From a virus, in the IMG/VR virus record IMGVR_UViG_3300045988_093172: a DNA stretch of 41,107 nucleotides. One strand, written 5' to 3'. Shown one piece after another: positions 29,740 through 38,319 of the stretch (position 1 is its first letter; each line of letters begins with the position of its first letter). Position numbers and translations under genes: made by a program. The notes beneath the pieces were generated by a model. The model saw nothing but the letters and a program-made list of their open reading frames with translations, was not told where the DNA came from and did not search any database.

Positions 29740-32700
29740 ATGTATAACATAGGCAACAAAGAGTCTGGCATGGACTACACACTACCTAACTCAAGTGGTT
29801 CAGGTGCTTCAGGTGCATATCAGTTCATGCAGGGGACTTGGGATTCCTATGCTGAAAAGGTAGCTCCTGAATATGTGGGGGTGGCTCCGATGAACGCTCC
29901 TGCTGAGGTTCAGGATGCCGTCATGTATGAAAAGACCTCTGAGATGTATGACCGCTATGGAGGCAATATTCAGTTGATGGCTTTGGAACACTACGGAGGT
30001 ATGGGGGCCGCTGATGAAGCTATGAGAACGGGACACATACCAGAAAATGCTGAATGGTGCAATGGGGACGAGTATCCTTCTCAGGCTTCCTATGCAAGAG
30101 AAATTGCTGAGAGCATGGGTCAGGCAGTTCCTAATTTAAATGCTTTTGCAGGGGCTTTTGCTAAGGGAGGTAAAATTACCGCAGGTAATCCCTCCTTTTC
30201 CTTAATCCTTGACGAAAGTCCTCTGGAAATAGCTAGAATGAACAATAGACCTTTCTGGGATAAACTGGAAGACTCGTTCAAGAACATGTGGTACGAAAAC
30301 GGAACCATTGCGGCCATGCGTGTGGGACTGACTAAGATGAACGCTAACCCCTACTACAGCACGTGGAAGGCGTCTGACGAAGACATAAAGCTACTTGACG
30401 AGGTCTTAGGGGACAACAAGGTAGCAAAGGATGCCGTACTGTTAAATGCTGAAAATCCTGAGCAGTTCAAGGCACTTCTGAAGATGAAGAAAGAAGACAT
30501 AGAGCGAGAGAAGAGAGCAGAGCAGACTTCCTTTGGCTTACACTCGGTTATCGGTGGGGCTTTGGGGATGCTGTTAGACCCTCTGAACCTCATCCCCTTT
30601 GTCGGTGAAGAAGCCTTTTTAGTAAAGGTAGGCGCACGACTGGGGTCTAAAGCTCTGGTGTCTTTAGGTTCTAAACGTATCATGAAGATTGCTGAGTCCG
30701 CCGCTGTACAAGGGGCTTTGAATATGGCCGACAGTGGACTGGCAGAACGCTACGGAATCCATGAGGCCAACTATGCAGTGGCAGGTGTCTTAGGTACAGC
30801 AGGTGGGGCTGGTGTCCGCTTCCTCCGCACCATGAGGGAACTGAAGGTTCCTATGAATGGTGAGCATATGCAACGGTTCCTGTATCAATCCGAACGGATG
30901 CAGGATCAGGCCGTGCAGGATGCTTTGGATATTGCAGACAAAAGAGCGATGCAGACACATAGCCTCTTAAACACTACTGAGGCTTCCATAGAGAAACAGC
31001 TCGATGACTTCTTAGGTGGAACTCCTACTTTGTCTAAAAAGGAAAGTAAGGCATTAGGTAAATCTCTTGGCAAACTACTTCCTGAAGAAGATGTAGAGAA
31101 AGTAGTAGGGAAGAAAGCCCCGAAGCTCCTGAGAGATGCAGGGTTATCTGGAGACGCTACAGTCACCGACCTCTTGCAAAAAGCAGGGAGTATTCCTTCT
31201 TTAGGTGCTAAGGTACGCAAGGCCATTGAAAAGTATCGAAAGACTCCAATGTCTGATAGCACATGGAACGCTTACCTCACTAGCAAGGGAGCAAACCCTG
31301 AAGCAGGTGTAAACCGTGTGAAACTGGCAGAAGAAGCCTTGCAGGATGATAAGAAGGCCAGTGCCTTGCAGGATTGGATTAAGAAGACAAAGGGTGAAGA
31401 CGTTCCTATTGATGACTTACGAGTTGGACTGAAACAAATTTTGTATCGTGAGTCTGGTGTAGGATATACGAAAAATGAAGATGCCCTTATTATCAATGGT
31501 ACAGTTGTCAGAGAGAATAGCCCTGTATATGACGCCATTGTACATCCTGAAATTTATGACCCTGTAAGTGTTCCTATGTCCATGCCTCGTACAGAAGAGC
31601 GTGTTGTCTCAGAACGTCATACACTTCCTAAGAAAGACACACAGCCTACCGTGTCTACAGCTGAACAGGAAGCTTTCACTAATGATGTTGAGATGGGTTC
31701 AAAGACACTGAGAGAAGTAGAAGACGAAAATCAGCGAGGATTCAAGAGCCGTGTCATGCGCTACATTGGACGTAAGATGGAAGACTCTAAGTACCTCGGT
31801 GACACTTACGGACACTTCACCAACTCTGTGTCTAATCATCTGAGAGACTTTGGCCGTAAGATGCTTGGCGACCCTAGACAAAATGCAGAGCGTCATGCAC
31901 AAGGAGTATCTTTGGACTTTTCGACTCGGAAGAGTGTTATGCAGAGACAGCTTAAAGAATACATTGGGAGCATGAGGCAGTGCTACAGAGACTACTTTGC
32001 TCAACATGCAGGTATGCCCTCTAAAGTACGTAGACAGTTTGGCAGGGAGTTCCTTCAAGCTTATGACCAGAAAGTGAAGTATGGTAGAAGCATTGAGGGA
32101 TTCCCGAAGGAGATTCAGGAAGCTGTTAGACAAGCTGAGAATTTCCGTAAGCTGGAGCAGGAGTTCTTGCGTAGAACAGGAGCTTTGACAAAGGATATTC
32201 CTGACACTGGCTTCTATCGCAGAGCCGATGTAGACAAAGTAGCTGAGTTCCTTACGAACTTTGACTCTGAACAGGATGCCATTGATTGGCTTGCTAACTA
32301 TGCCAGCAAGAACGCTGATAGAGATGCCTTGGAACGTATGCGTATTATTGAAGAGCCTGACATGGAACTCAGTGAGTACGTAGACAGAGAAGCTCGTAAT
32401 TGGGCCTTTGGTATCATTGACCGTAATTTGTCTAATGCAAAGGTTACTATGCGTGACCTGAATCACATGGACAAGTTAGAGCAGTATCAAAGACGGTTCC
32501 CTATGGACACTTCTGCACTGTCTGACAAAACAATGCCTAACGGGGAATACTTCTCCTTTGATGAGTGCTTGAGAGACTACGATGTCTTCTCCACAATGGA
32601 GCAAGTGGCAAACCGTAGTTCGGCTAAGGCTACCATGGCTTCCCTTGGTGTCAAGGATATGGGGGCGTTCTTTGATGGCTACAGAGACAAAATAGAACGA

Positions 32701-34296
32701 GAACTCCGTAAGGCTAACGAGACACGTAGATTGATTAAACATAGCACTGTGTCTGATTCACTGGAAGAGTTCGACTATGTTGTTTCACAGCTTACTGGAT
32801 ATCGTTATGGTACGAAGCGCTCTCAAGACCCTATGAATGGTGTCGTTCGCTTGCTAACTAAGATGTCCTATGCAATGAATGGTTCCAACATGGGTCTGAA
32901 TCAGATAGGCGAAAACTTTGGGATGATGTCGGTTACTGGGATGAGAGCCATAGGCAACATGATTCCTGGGTTAGACAAAGTTCTCCATGGGATGCGTACT
33001 ACTACGTTGTCTCATGATGAACTGAAGAAACTAAGGATTGCCGCTGACTACTCGCAGTATAACTTCTTGAATCCTATGGATTTGTCTACTCCGAAGTATG
33101 ATCGTATTGGACTCCGTGCAAAGGTCATGGGGAAACTGAATAATGCCGTGGACTATGCTTCTGACATTACTTCTATGCTAAATCAGCTGAGTGCATGGAC
33201 AGAAAGAGCCATTAGTATGGGTGAGGCGGATGTTATGTCTGACCTTATCGACTGGGCTGTATTGGGGCGCAGAGGACACCTGTTCAACGACAATGCCTTC
33301 AAGAATGTGGGGGTAAGAGATACAGGGAAGTTCAAGGATACCATTAACAAATACTTTGGGAACCTTGACCATAACGACCCTGATGCCGTATTCAAGGCCA
33401 TTCATAAGATGCAGGAGGAAGACTACACCTCTTATATCTCCATGAGGGCCTTTACAGCACAGGCAGTTCAGCGGGGTATTATTCAGCCTAATTTGTCTAA
33501 TGCTAACTACTTCACGAAGACGGGACTGTTCCCAATGCTCCTTCAGTTCAAGAACTTCTCTCGTATGGCTATTAATAGTCATCTAGCGAGAGCCTTGGAA
33601 CGACCAGACAAAGAAGCAATGACACAGCTGTTGAGTTCGGCTGTTGCTGGTGCTGGCATTTGGGCCTTGCGTACTCAGGTGTATGCAAATTGGAAATACA
33701 AAGATGAGGCTGAACGGAAGAAGTTCCTTGACGACACGCTGACCCCTGACAACTTTGCCCGTGCTGGTATCACTCGGTCTTCTCTGTTGGCTGGGTTATC
33801 CTTTGGGAATGACTTGTACGAAGCTGTGTCTGGTGCGCCTACGGTACGTACTACTGTAAATCGACAAGGTGGTTCTTCACAGGGGCTTGGTAGTTACATA
33901 GATCAGCTTCCTGCTGTGGCCGCTCTGAATACCGTGAAAGATGGTGTTGGTAGCGCATGGAGCGCCTTAAATGACCTTGTAGTAGACAATCGAGTATATC
34001 AGGATGATAGCAAGACGATTGCGAATATGTTCCCTCTGGATAAGTTTGTAGGAACTCAAGCTGTTTTGTCTGGATTGCTTGATATGCATAAGGGACAAAT
34101 CAGTCAGGATAGCTTCTCGAAACGTCCTGAGACAAAACCTTCTCGCAATCCAATTCAAATGCTTCAGAAGGTAGTGACAGGGACAAATGATGTAGAGGAG
34201 GCGCAGAAGAAACAGAAGGAAACACAGAAGTCTCGTAGTAAAAGTAAGAAGCAGGAACAACGAAAGTATTTAAATATGAATGGAGGTAAATGGTGA
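29740..34296 (+). CDS. Internal virion (core/ejection) protein, gp16-like, with an N-terminal lytic transglycosylase domain (1518 aa or slightly longer)
   Basis: NKESGMDYTLPNSSGSGASGAYQFMQGTW fits the SLT pattern (ES...GA.G..Q....T) found at the N-terminus of T7 gp16. ATG 29740 has no RBS. The frame is open upstream, and AAGGAGG at 29695-29701 is followed 8 nt later by an in-frame ATA at 29710, so the true start is uncertain. Confidence 0.8.
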   Translation: MYNIGNKESGMDYTLPNSSGSGASGAYQFMQGTWDSYAEKVAPEYVGVAPMNAPAEVQDAVMYEKTSEMYDRYGGNIQLMALEHYGGMGAADEAMRTGHIPENAEWCNGDEYPSQASYAREIAESMGQAVPNLNAFAGAFAKGGKITAGNPSFSLILDESPLEIARMNNRPFWDKLEDSFKNMWYENGTIAAMRVGLTKMNANPYYSTWKASDEDIKLLDEVLGDNKVAKDAVLLNAENPEQFKALLKMKKEDIEREKRAEQTSFGLHSVIGGALGMLLDPLNLIPFVGEEAFLVKVGARLGSKALVSLGSKRIMKIAESAAVQGALNMADSGLAERYGIHEANYAVAGVLGTAGGAGVRFLRTMRELKVPMNGEHMQRFLYQSERMQDQAVQDALDIADKRAMQTHSLLNTTEASIEKQLDDFLGGTPTLSKKESKALGKSLGKLLPEEDVEKVVGKKAPKLLRDAGLSGDATVTDLLQKAGSIPSLGAKVRKAIEKYRKTPMSDSTWNAYLTSKGANPEAGVNRVKLAEEALQDDKKASALQDWIKKTKGEDVPIDDLRVGLKQILYRESGVGYTKNEDALIINGTVVRENSPVYDAIVHPEIYDPVSVPMSMPRTEERVVSERHTLPKKDTQPTVSTAEQEAFTNDVEMGSKTLREVEDENQRGFKSRVMRYIGRKMEDSKYLGDTYGHFTNSVSNHLRDFGRKMLGDPRQNAERHAQGVSLDFSTRKSVMQRQLKEYIGSMRQCYRDYFAQHAGMPSKVRRQFGREFLQAYDQKVKYGRSIEGFPKEIQEAVRQAENFRKLEQEFLRRTGALTKDIPDTGFYRRADVDKVAEFLTNFDSEQDAIDWLANYASKNADRDALERMRIIEEPDMELSEYVDREARNWAFGIIDRNLSNAKVTMRDLNHMDKLEQYQRRFPMDTSALSDKTMPNGEYFSFDECLRDYDVFSTMEQVANRSSAKATMASLGVKDMGAFFDGYRDKIERELRKANETRRLIKHSTVSDSLEEFDYVVSQLTGYRYGTKRSQDPMNGVVRLLTKMSYAMNGSNMGLNQIGENFGMMSVTGMRAIGNMIPGLDKVLHGMRTTTLSHDELKKLRIAADYSQYNFLNPMDLSTPKYDRIGLRAKVMGKLNNAVDYASDITSMLNQLSAWTERAISMGEADVMSDLIDWAVLGRRGHLFNDNAFKNVGVRDTGKFKDTINKYFGNLDHNDPDAVFKAIHKMQEEDYTSYISMRAFTAQAVQRGIIQPNLSNANYFTKTGLFPMLLQFKNFSRMAINSHLARALERPDKEAMTQLLSSAVAGAGIWALRTQVYANWKYKDEAERKKFLDDTLTPDNFARAGITRSSLLAGLSFGNDLYEAVSGAPTVRTTVNRQGGSSQGLGSYIDQLPAVAALNTVKDGVGSAWSALNDLVVDNRVYQDDSKTIANMFPLDKFVGTQAVLSGLLDMHKGQISQDSFSKRPETKPSRNPIQMLQKVVTGTNDVEEAQKKQKETQKSRSKSKKQEQRKYLNMNGGKW

Positions 34297-35969
34297 ATAG
34301 TCAAAACTTGAAAGCGAGTGTCTCCTTTGTTGGGGATGGCACTACAAATAAATTTTACTTCGGGTTCGACTATATCAATAAGCAGTTCGTGAAGGTTCAA
34401 ATAGGTAATGAGGGGCAATCCCTCACCTATCCTTCCGACTATACTGTGGATGATAGAAGCGTCGTCCTGAAGGATACCCCTGCTGTGGGGGTGGCTATCA
34501 GGGTATATCGTGAGACTTCTTCAGATAGAATTGTTGAGTGGGCAGATGGTGCTTTTATTAAGGCTTCTCAGATGACACTGGAAAACTTACAGCAGTTACA
34601 CCTGATTGAAGAAGCTCAGGACTACCCTATACTAAACTCTTTGTCTACGTACCCTGATGGGGTTAACTTTAATGCTTTAGGTTCTCGTGTCATTAACGTA
34701 AGTGACCCCAAAGACCCTCAAGATGCCGTAACGAAGCATTACATGGAGAGCGTCCAGAATGGTTTTGTAGCGACCAATACAATCTTGGTACAGGAAGCAA
34801 CGAAGCAAGCGTCCGCCGCAAAGTCTTCTCAGGAAGTCGCTAAGACCTCGGAGACAAATGCAAAAACTTCGGAAACCAATTCTGAAATTTCTAATCAAAA
34901 AGCGAAGAAGTGGGCAGAAGCTACGGATTCTCCAGATGGTGAAGTGGATACGGATAGTACCACAGGGAAGACACAGAGTTCTAAAGAGTGGGCTTTGTAT
35001 AGCAAAACGAAGGCACAGGAAGCGGCAACGTCCGCAACGAACGCTAAGAGTTCTGAGACAAACGCAAAGACCTCTGAAACCAATGCGAAAACCTCGGAAA
35101 CCAATGCGAAGTCATCCGAAACGAAGGCAAAGACCTCAGAAACCAATGCAAAAACATCAGAAACTAATGCGAGTGCAAGTGCCTCTGCCAGTGCGTCTAG
35201 TGCTAGTGCGTCTGCTACGAGCGCCACTAATGCACATAATTCAGAGACGGCCGCCGCTAACAGTGCTAAACAGGCCGCAGAATCAGCAGGTGTCTTTCAG
35301 GACTTTAAGGGGAGCACATCGTCCGCAGATGGTCTTGGTGGTAAAGTTCCTAAACCTTTAGCAGGACAGCAGGAAAGGTATCTAAAAGCGGATGGCACAT
35401 GGAGTGACATTCCTAAATTAACCCCTAATACGCTGTGGGACACCATTCATTCTTATGGGAAGAACTATGTCCCTTCTGATACATCTAACGAAGGGTGGAA
35501 TAAATTAGGATTTGCTTCTATTTCTTACTCAGAGGTTAAGATTAATAATCAACCAAACCAGTATGGACAGCTTATTAATATTCCATACGATCAAGGAGCA
35601 GAGAGTACACAGTTGTGGTTAGATCAAGATACTGGTCTTATCCACTTTAGAGGGAGCAACGTAGCCGATATTGTGAATAATCTTCCCTTTAAAACTGTTG
35701 CTACTACAGATGATGTTAATGCCAGAGAAAAAGTGAATAGCCAAGGGGGCAACTGGATTCGGTATAAAAGTGGTTTACAACTTTGTTGGAACTCATGGAT
35801 TGATGCAGGTGCATGGTGGTCTTTCCCAGTTGCTTTTTCAGGGACTCCTGCTGTAACCATTACAGCTCGTACTGGTGATTGGCAGTGGGTTGATGGTCTT
35901 TCTAATACAGGCTTTACAAACAAGGGGAGTGGTGGTGCGTGTGCCATTGCAGTAGGAAGGTGGAAATAA
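34290..35969 (+). CDS. Tail fiber protein, with a T7 gp17-like N-terminal adaptor domain
   Basis: The N-terminus (FVGDGTTNKFYFGFDYINKQFVKVQIG...RVYRETSSDRIVEWADGAFIKASQMTLENLQQLHLIEEAQD) parallels T7 gp17 (LDGSNRDFNIPFEYLARKFVVVTLIG...[40 protein letters not shown]). The central region is repetitive and the C-terminal domain is unique. Confidence 0.9.
   Translation: MVNSQNLKASVSFVGDGTTNKFYFGFDYINKQFVKVQIGNEGQSLTYPSDYTVDDRSVVLKDTPAVGVAIRVYRETSSDRIVEWADGAFIKASQMTLENLQQLHLIEEAQDYPILNSLSTYPDGVNFNALGSRVINVSDPKDPQDAVTKHYMESVQNGFVATNTILVQEATKQASAAKSSQEVAKTSETNAKTSETNSEISNQKAKKWAEATDSPDGEVDTDSTTGKTQSSKEWALYSKTKAQEAATSATNAKSSETNAKTSETNAKTSETNAKSSETKAKTSETNAKTSETNASASASASASSASASATSATNAHNSETAAANSAKQAAESAGVFQDFKGSTSSADGLGGKVPKPLAGQQERYLKADGTWSDIPKLTPNTLWDTIHSYGKNYVPSDTSNEGWNKLGFASISYSEVKINNQPNQYGQLINIPYDQGAESTQLWLDQDTGLIHFRGSNVADIVNNLPFKTVATTDDVNAREKVNSQGGNWIRYKSGLQLCWNSWIDAGAWWSFPVAFSGTPAVTITARTGDWQWVDGLSNTGFTNKGSGGACAIAVGRWK
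35043..35168 (+). repeat. Six tandem 21-nt repeats encoding the heptapeptide AK(T/S)SETN inside the tail fiber gene
   Basis: AKSSETN AKTSETN AKTSETN AKSSETK AKTSETN AKTSETN. Two further units lie at 34839-34880, and an (S/A)n tract follows (35169-35228). Confidence 0.9.
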
Positions 35970-35970
35970 A

Positions 35971-36198
35971 ATGATAGGAACTAAACTATACAAACAAGAT
36001 TTAGACATCATTGAATATGAAAATACTTCTACATGGTGTAACAAAAATAATGCCATGTTGGTTGACAAGGGGGAATATTTTGAAGTAATTCCTTTTTCAG
36101 AAGACACAAAAGAACAGACCCCCTCTTTGTCTGAACGCATTGTGGTTCTTGAGGATGCAGTGAATACCTTAATGGAAGGAGTGGCTACGAATGGCTAA
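35971..36198 (+). CDS. Hypothetical protein (75 aa) downstream of the tail fiber gene
   Basis: ORF with RBS GGAAGGTGG. Its position suggests a fiber-associated or assembly role; I recognise no motif. Confidence 0.5.
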   Translation: MIGTKLYKQDLDIIEYENTSTWCNKNNAMLVDKGEYFEVIPFSEDTKEQTPSLSERIVVLEDAVNTLMEGVATNG

Positions 36199-36355
36199 AT
36201 ACTTGGCATACCAGATTATTTTGCAGAAACTAAAGTACAACACAGTTATCACAAGATTCCCAAAATACAAAGAGGATATTGATAAGGTGCTTGATGGTAT
36301 GGGATGGATGATTGATGACAATGGGGACTGTGTAGGAAAGAAGGTGTCTGAATAA
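36191..36355 (+). CDS. Possible small protein (54 aa), missing from the ORF track
   Basis: MAKYLAYQIILQKLKYNTVITRFPKYKEDIDKVLDGMGWMIDDNGDCVGKKVSE fills the 36199-36354 gap exactly and overlaps both neighbours by start/stop coupling (ATGGCTAA, TAATG). Confidence 0.45.
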   Translation: MAKYLAYQIILQKLKYNTVITRFPKYKEDIDKVLDGMGWMIDDNGDCVGKKVSE

Positions 36356-36573
36356 TGAAAGACTACATATACGAAATGATTGATTTACGAAATTCCCTAG
36401 ACAAAGAATGGGATAAATTAACGGATATTGTAAAAAAGGAATTCGGCAGTATTGATGACACAGAAGTATTCTTAATGAAGAAGCAGATAGAATTGACAGA
36501 AAAGTATATGGATGTTCTTGACGCTCGTATTTCCCTTGCCATCTTAAAGGAACAAAAGGAAGATGAAAAATGA
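36355..36573 (+). CDS. Hypothetical coiled-coil protein (72 aa)
   Basis: The ORF is translationally coupled to the holin gene (ATGA overlap). No motif. Confidence 0.5.
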   Translation: MKDYIYEMIDLRNSLDKEWDKLTDIVKKEFGSIDDTEVFLMKKQIELTEKYMDVLDARISLAILKEQKEDEK

Positions 36574-37040
36574 AACGAGGTACACTACACAAAATGATTA
36601 ACACACTATGGAACTTATGGACAGCCACAGAGGTAAAGATTGGCTGTCTTTTTTCTATTGCTTGGTTGTGTTTCAATCAGCTTGTGGGCGGTGTGGATGA
36701 GCAGATTAATGCTTTGGTTGTCCTTGTGGCTTGTGACATTCTCACAGGCCTTTGGGCTTCCTTCAAACTCCATGCCTTTGCAAGTTCGATTGCGACACAT
36801 GGCTTATATAAGAAGGCCGCTATGTTCCTTATCATTGGTCTGGGTGTCTTGCTTGATTCAGCGATGAACACTCACATGGTACGGACGTTATTCATTGGAG
36901 CCTTTGCAGTGGTAGAGGCTCTTAGTATTGTTGAAAATATTGATCGTGTTGGTTATGGGCAGTACATCCCTAGCTTTATCAGGGGTGCGCTCGCTCAGAT
37001 TGCAAAAGAGAAGAAGGTGGACAAATTAGATGACCAGTAA
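36570..37040 (+). CDS. Holin (Phage_holin_4 / toxin-secretion holin family)
   Basis: Multiple TM segments plus the family signature ...ALVVLVACDILTGL... and FAVVEALSIVENIDRVG (E..SI.EN....G). It lies directly upstream of the endolysin. Confidence 0.8.
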   Translation: MKRGTLHKMINTLWNLWTATEVKIGCLFSIAWLCFNQLVGGVDEQINALVVLVACDILTGLWASFKLHAFASSIATHGLYKKAAMFLIIGLGVLLDSAMNTHMVRTLFIGAFAVVEALSIVENIDRVGYGQYIPSFIRGALAQIAKEKKVDKLDDQ

Positions 37041-37623
37041 AGTAATTGACGTTTCCTATTATCAGCGCAATATTGATTATGATGCTGTAGAGGCCACAGG
37101 GGTTCAAGGTGTCATTATCAAAATTTCCGAAGGGTGTTCCGAAGAAGACACATGGGTAAGACACGCAGAAGAATGTAAGTCTAGGGGTATCCCTTGGGGT
37201 GTCTATTGCTTCACCCATGCTCAGACATCCGAAAGAGCAAGGGAAGAAGCTAAGACAGTTTTGGCACTCCTTGGTGATGATGTGCCACCTATGGGAATTT
37301 GGTACGATTGTGAAGCCGATGAATGTTTTGCAGAAGGGGTAGACACCACAGCCCTTTGTTCAGCCTTTATTGTCGCTTGCAATGAAGCAGGACACAGAGC
37401 AGGGATTTATACCTCCACTTTGAAATGCACTGACTACATGACAAACTCCATTCAGCCTAACTTGCTCGCTGACTATGTACCGTATTGGATTGCAGATTAC
37501 CGTGGATACAACGGGTTTGCACAGGACTACCCTGATAAGCATGTAGCAGGCTGGCAGTGGAGCGCACATGAATATATTGGAGACACCGAAGTAGATATGA
37601 ATGAATGGTATGAGGAGCTGTAA
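37030..37623 (+). CDS. Endolysin, glycoside hydrolase family 25 muramidase
   Basis: VIDVSYYQRNIDYDAVEATGVQGVIIKISEG...GIPWGVYCF...GIWYDCE fits the GH25 pattern (GIDVS.WQG.IDW..V...G..F..IK.TEG...GAYHF). Confidence 0.85.
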   Translation: MTSKVIDVSYYQRNIDYDAVEATGVQGVIIKISEGCSEEDTWVRHAEECKSRGIPWGVYCFTHAQTSERAREEAKTVLALLGDDVPPMGIWYDCEADECFAEGVDTTALCSAFIVACNEAGHRAGIYTSTLKCTDYMTNSIQPNLLADYVPYWIADYRGYNGFAQDYPDKHVAGWQWSAHEYIGDTEVDMNEWYEEL

Positions 37624-37950
37624 ATGGATGAAGACAACAAAAAATATTCTGCAAAGATGGTGCTTGTGTCTTTCACTGTTGGTGTGCTTTTGTGTCTTTC
37701 CCTCTGTGTCTACTTCTACAGTTCACGCACAGAGTCCACAGAAAGTCGAAATGTCAATCGAACAATTCAACAGCTTACGACAGATGGTGACAGAGCTACA
37801 GAAGCAGTCAACAGCGCAGAAACAGGACTCACAGAAGCTCAAGACACAGCTAACAGAATCTCAGAAAGAGCTGACGAAAGCGCAAGTGTACTTGACCGAT
37901 TACAAGCAGAACTTGACAGAATTGCAAAAGCAAACGGACTCTCTGAATAA
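37624..37950 (+). CDS. i-spanin-like ORF (108 aa): N-terminal TM segment plus a charged helical periplasmic domain
   Basis: MDEDNKKYSAKMVLVSFTVGVLLCLSLCVYFY is followed by a helix-prone E/A/R-rich sequence. ATG lies 6 nt after GAGGAG. It is almost completely overlapped by the next ORF in the +1 frame. Confidence 0.4.
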   Translation: MDEDNKKYSAKMVLVSFTVGVLLCLSLCVYFYSSRTESTESRNVNRTIQQLTTDGDRATEAVNSAETGLTEAQDTANRISERADESASVLDRLQAELDRIAKANGLSE

Positions 37951-38032
37951 GTCGGTAAAGCGGATGGAGCGACAGCGTGATTTGGCTTGGGTCGTTGCAG
38001 GTGGCTTGTTGATTTGGGGGTGTAGTCGGTAA
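37628..38032 (+). CDS. Second spanin-like ORF (134 aa): N-terminal signal peptide, Q/K/L-rich coiled coil, C-terminal TM segment
   Basis: MKTTKNILQRWCLCLSLLVCFCVFPSVSTSTVHA|Q..., heptad-rich LKTQLTESQKELTKAQ...LTELQKQTDSL, and a C-terminus DLAWVVAGGLLIWGCSR. Start taken at ATG 37628 rather than 37601, which lies inside the lysin gene. Stop is coupled to the next gene (TAATG). Confidence 0.5.
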   Translation: MKTTKNILQRWCLCLSLLVCFCVFPSVSTSTVHAQSPQKVEMSIEQFNSLRQMVTELQKQSTAQKQDSQKLKTQLTESQKELTKAQVYLTDYKQNLTELQKQTDSLNKSVKRMERQRDLAWVVAGGLLIWGCSR

Positions 38033-38232
38033 TGAAGGTGCGTATTAAGAATCCTGATAAGCCCTCGATGGCAAAAGCAATTCGTGCGAAGTGTATGAAT
38101 TGTGCAGGAGAACAGGAAGCAGAAGTGCGCAAATGTGCTATTGTTGATTGCCCTTTGTTTCCCTATCGCTTTGGGTGCAATCCTAAGTCATACATTAGTA
38201 GGAACAAGGATAACGTTAAAATTATCCCCTAG
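38032..38232 (+). CDS. Small Cys-rich (zinc-ribbon-like) protein (66 aa)
   Basis: AIRAKCMNCAGEQEAEVRKCAIVDCPLFPYRFG. This C..C....C...DCPL.P.R.G pattern recurs in small phage and plasmid proteins of unknown function, as far as I recall. Confidence 0.55.
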   Translation: MKVRIKNPDKPSMAKAIRAKCMNCAGEQEAEVRKCAIVDCPLFPYRFGCNPKSYISRNKDNVKIIP

Positions 38233-38261
38233 ACCGATTGAGATGCGTTTTACGGTTTTGT

Positions 38262-38304
38262 AACTCCCTGTAGGTGTATTTACCTATGGGGAGTTTTATT
38301 TTTA
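38262..38304 (+). terminator. Intrinsic terminator between the lysis cassette and the methyltransferase/terminase genes
   Basis: AACTCCCTGTAGGT (38262-38275) pairs with ACCTATGGGGAGTT (38282-38295), 12 of 14 bp, and is followed by TTATTTTT. Confidence 0.65.
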
Positions 38305-38319
38305 CGCAGGAGGCTTATA

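Noticed and set aside
31699-32466. 255-aa minus-strand ORF, together with many other minus-strand ORFs inside the gp16-like gene (30354..30683, 30906..31262, 31272..31538, 33178..33582, 33967..34260).
   Set aside because: All lie antisense within a single 1518-aa plus-strand gene that has a recognisable transglycosylase domain and T7 synteny. Apart from the left-end lysogeny module, all genes in this genome are on the plus strand.
34858-35361. 167-aa Arg/Lys/Pro-rich plus-strand ORF and a 110-aa minus-strand ORF (34895..35227) within the tail fiber gene.
   Set aside because: Both are produced by the 21-nt tandem repeats, which keep every frame open. Their periodic low-complexity sequences mirror the repeat, and the fiber frame has clear gp17 homology.
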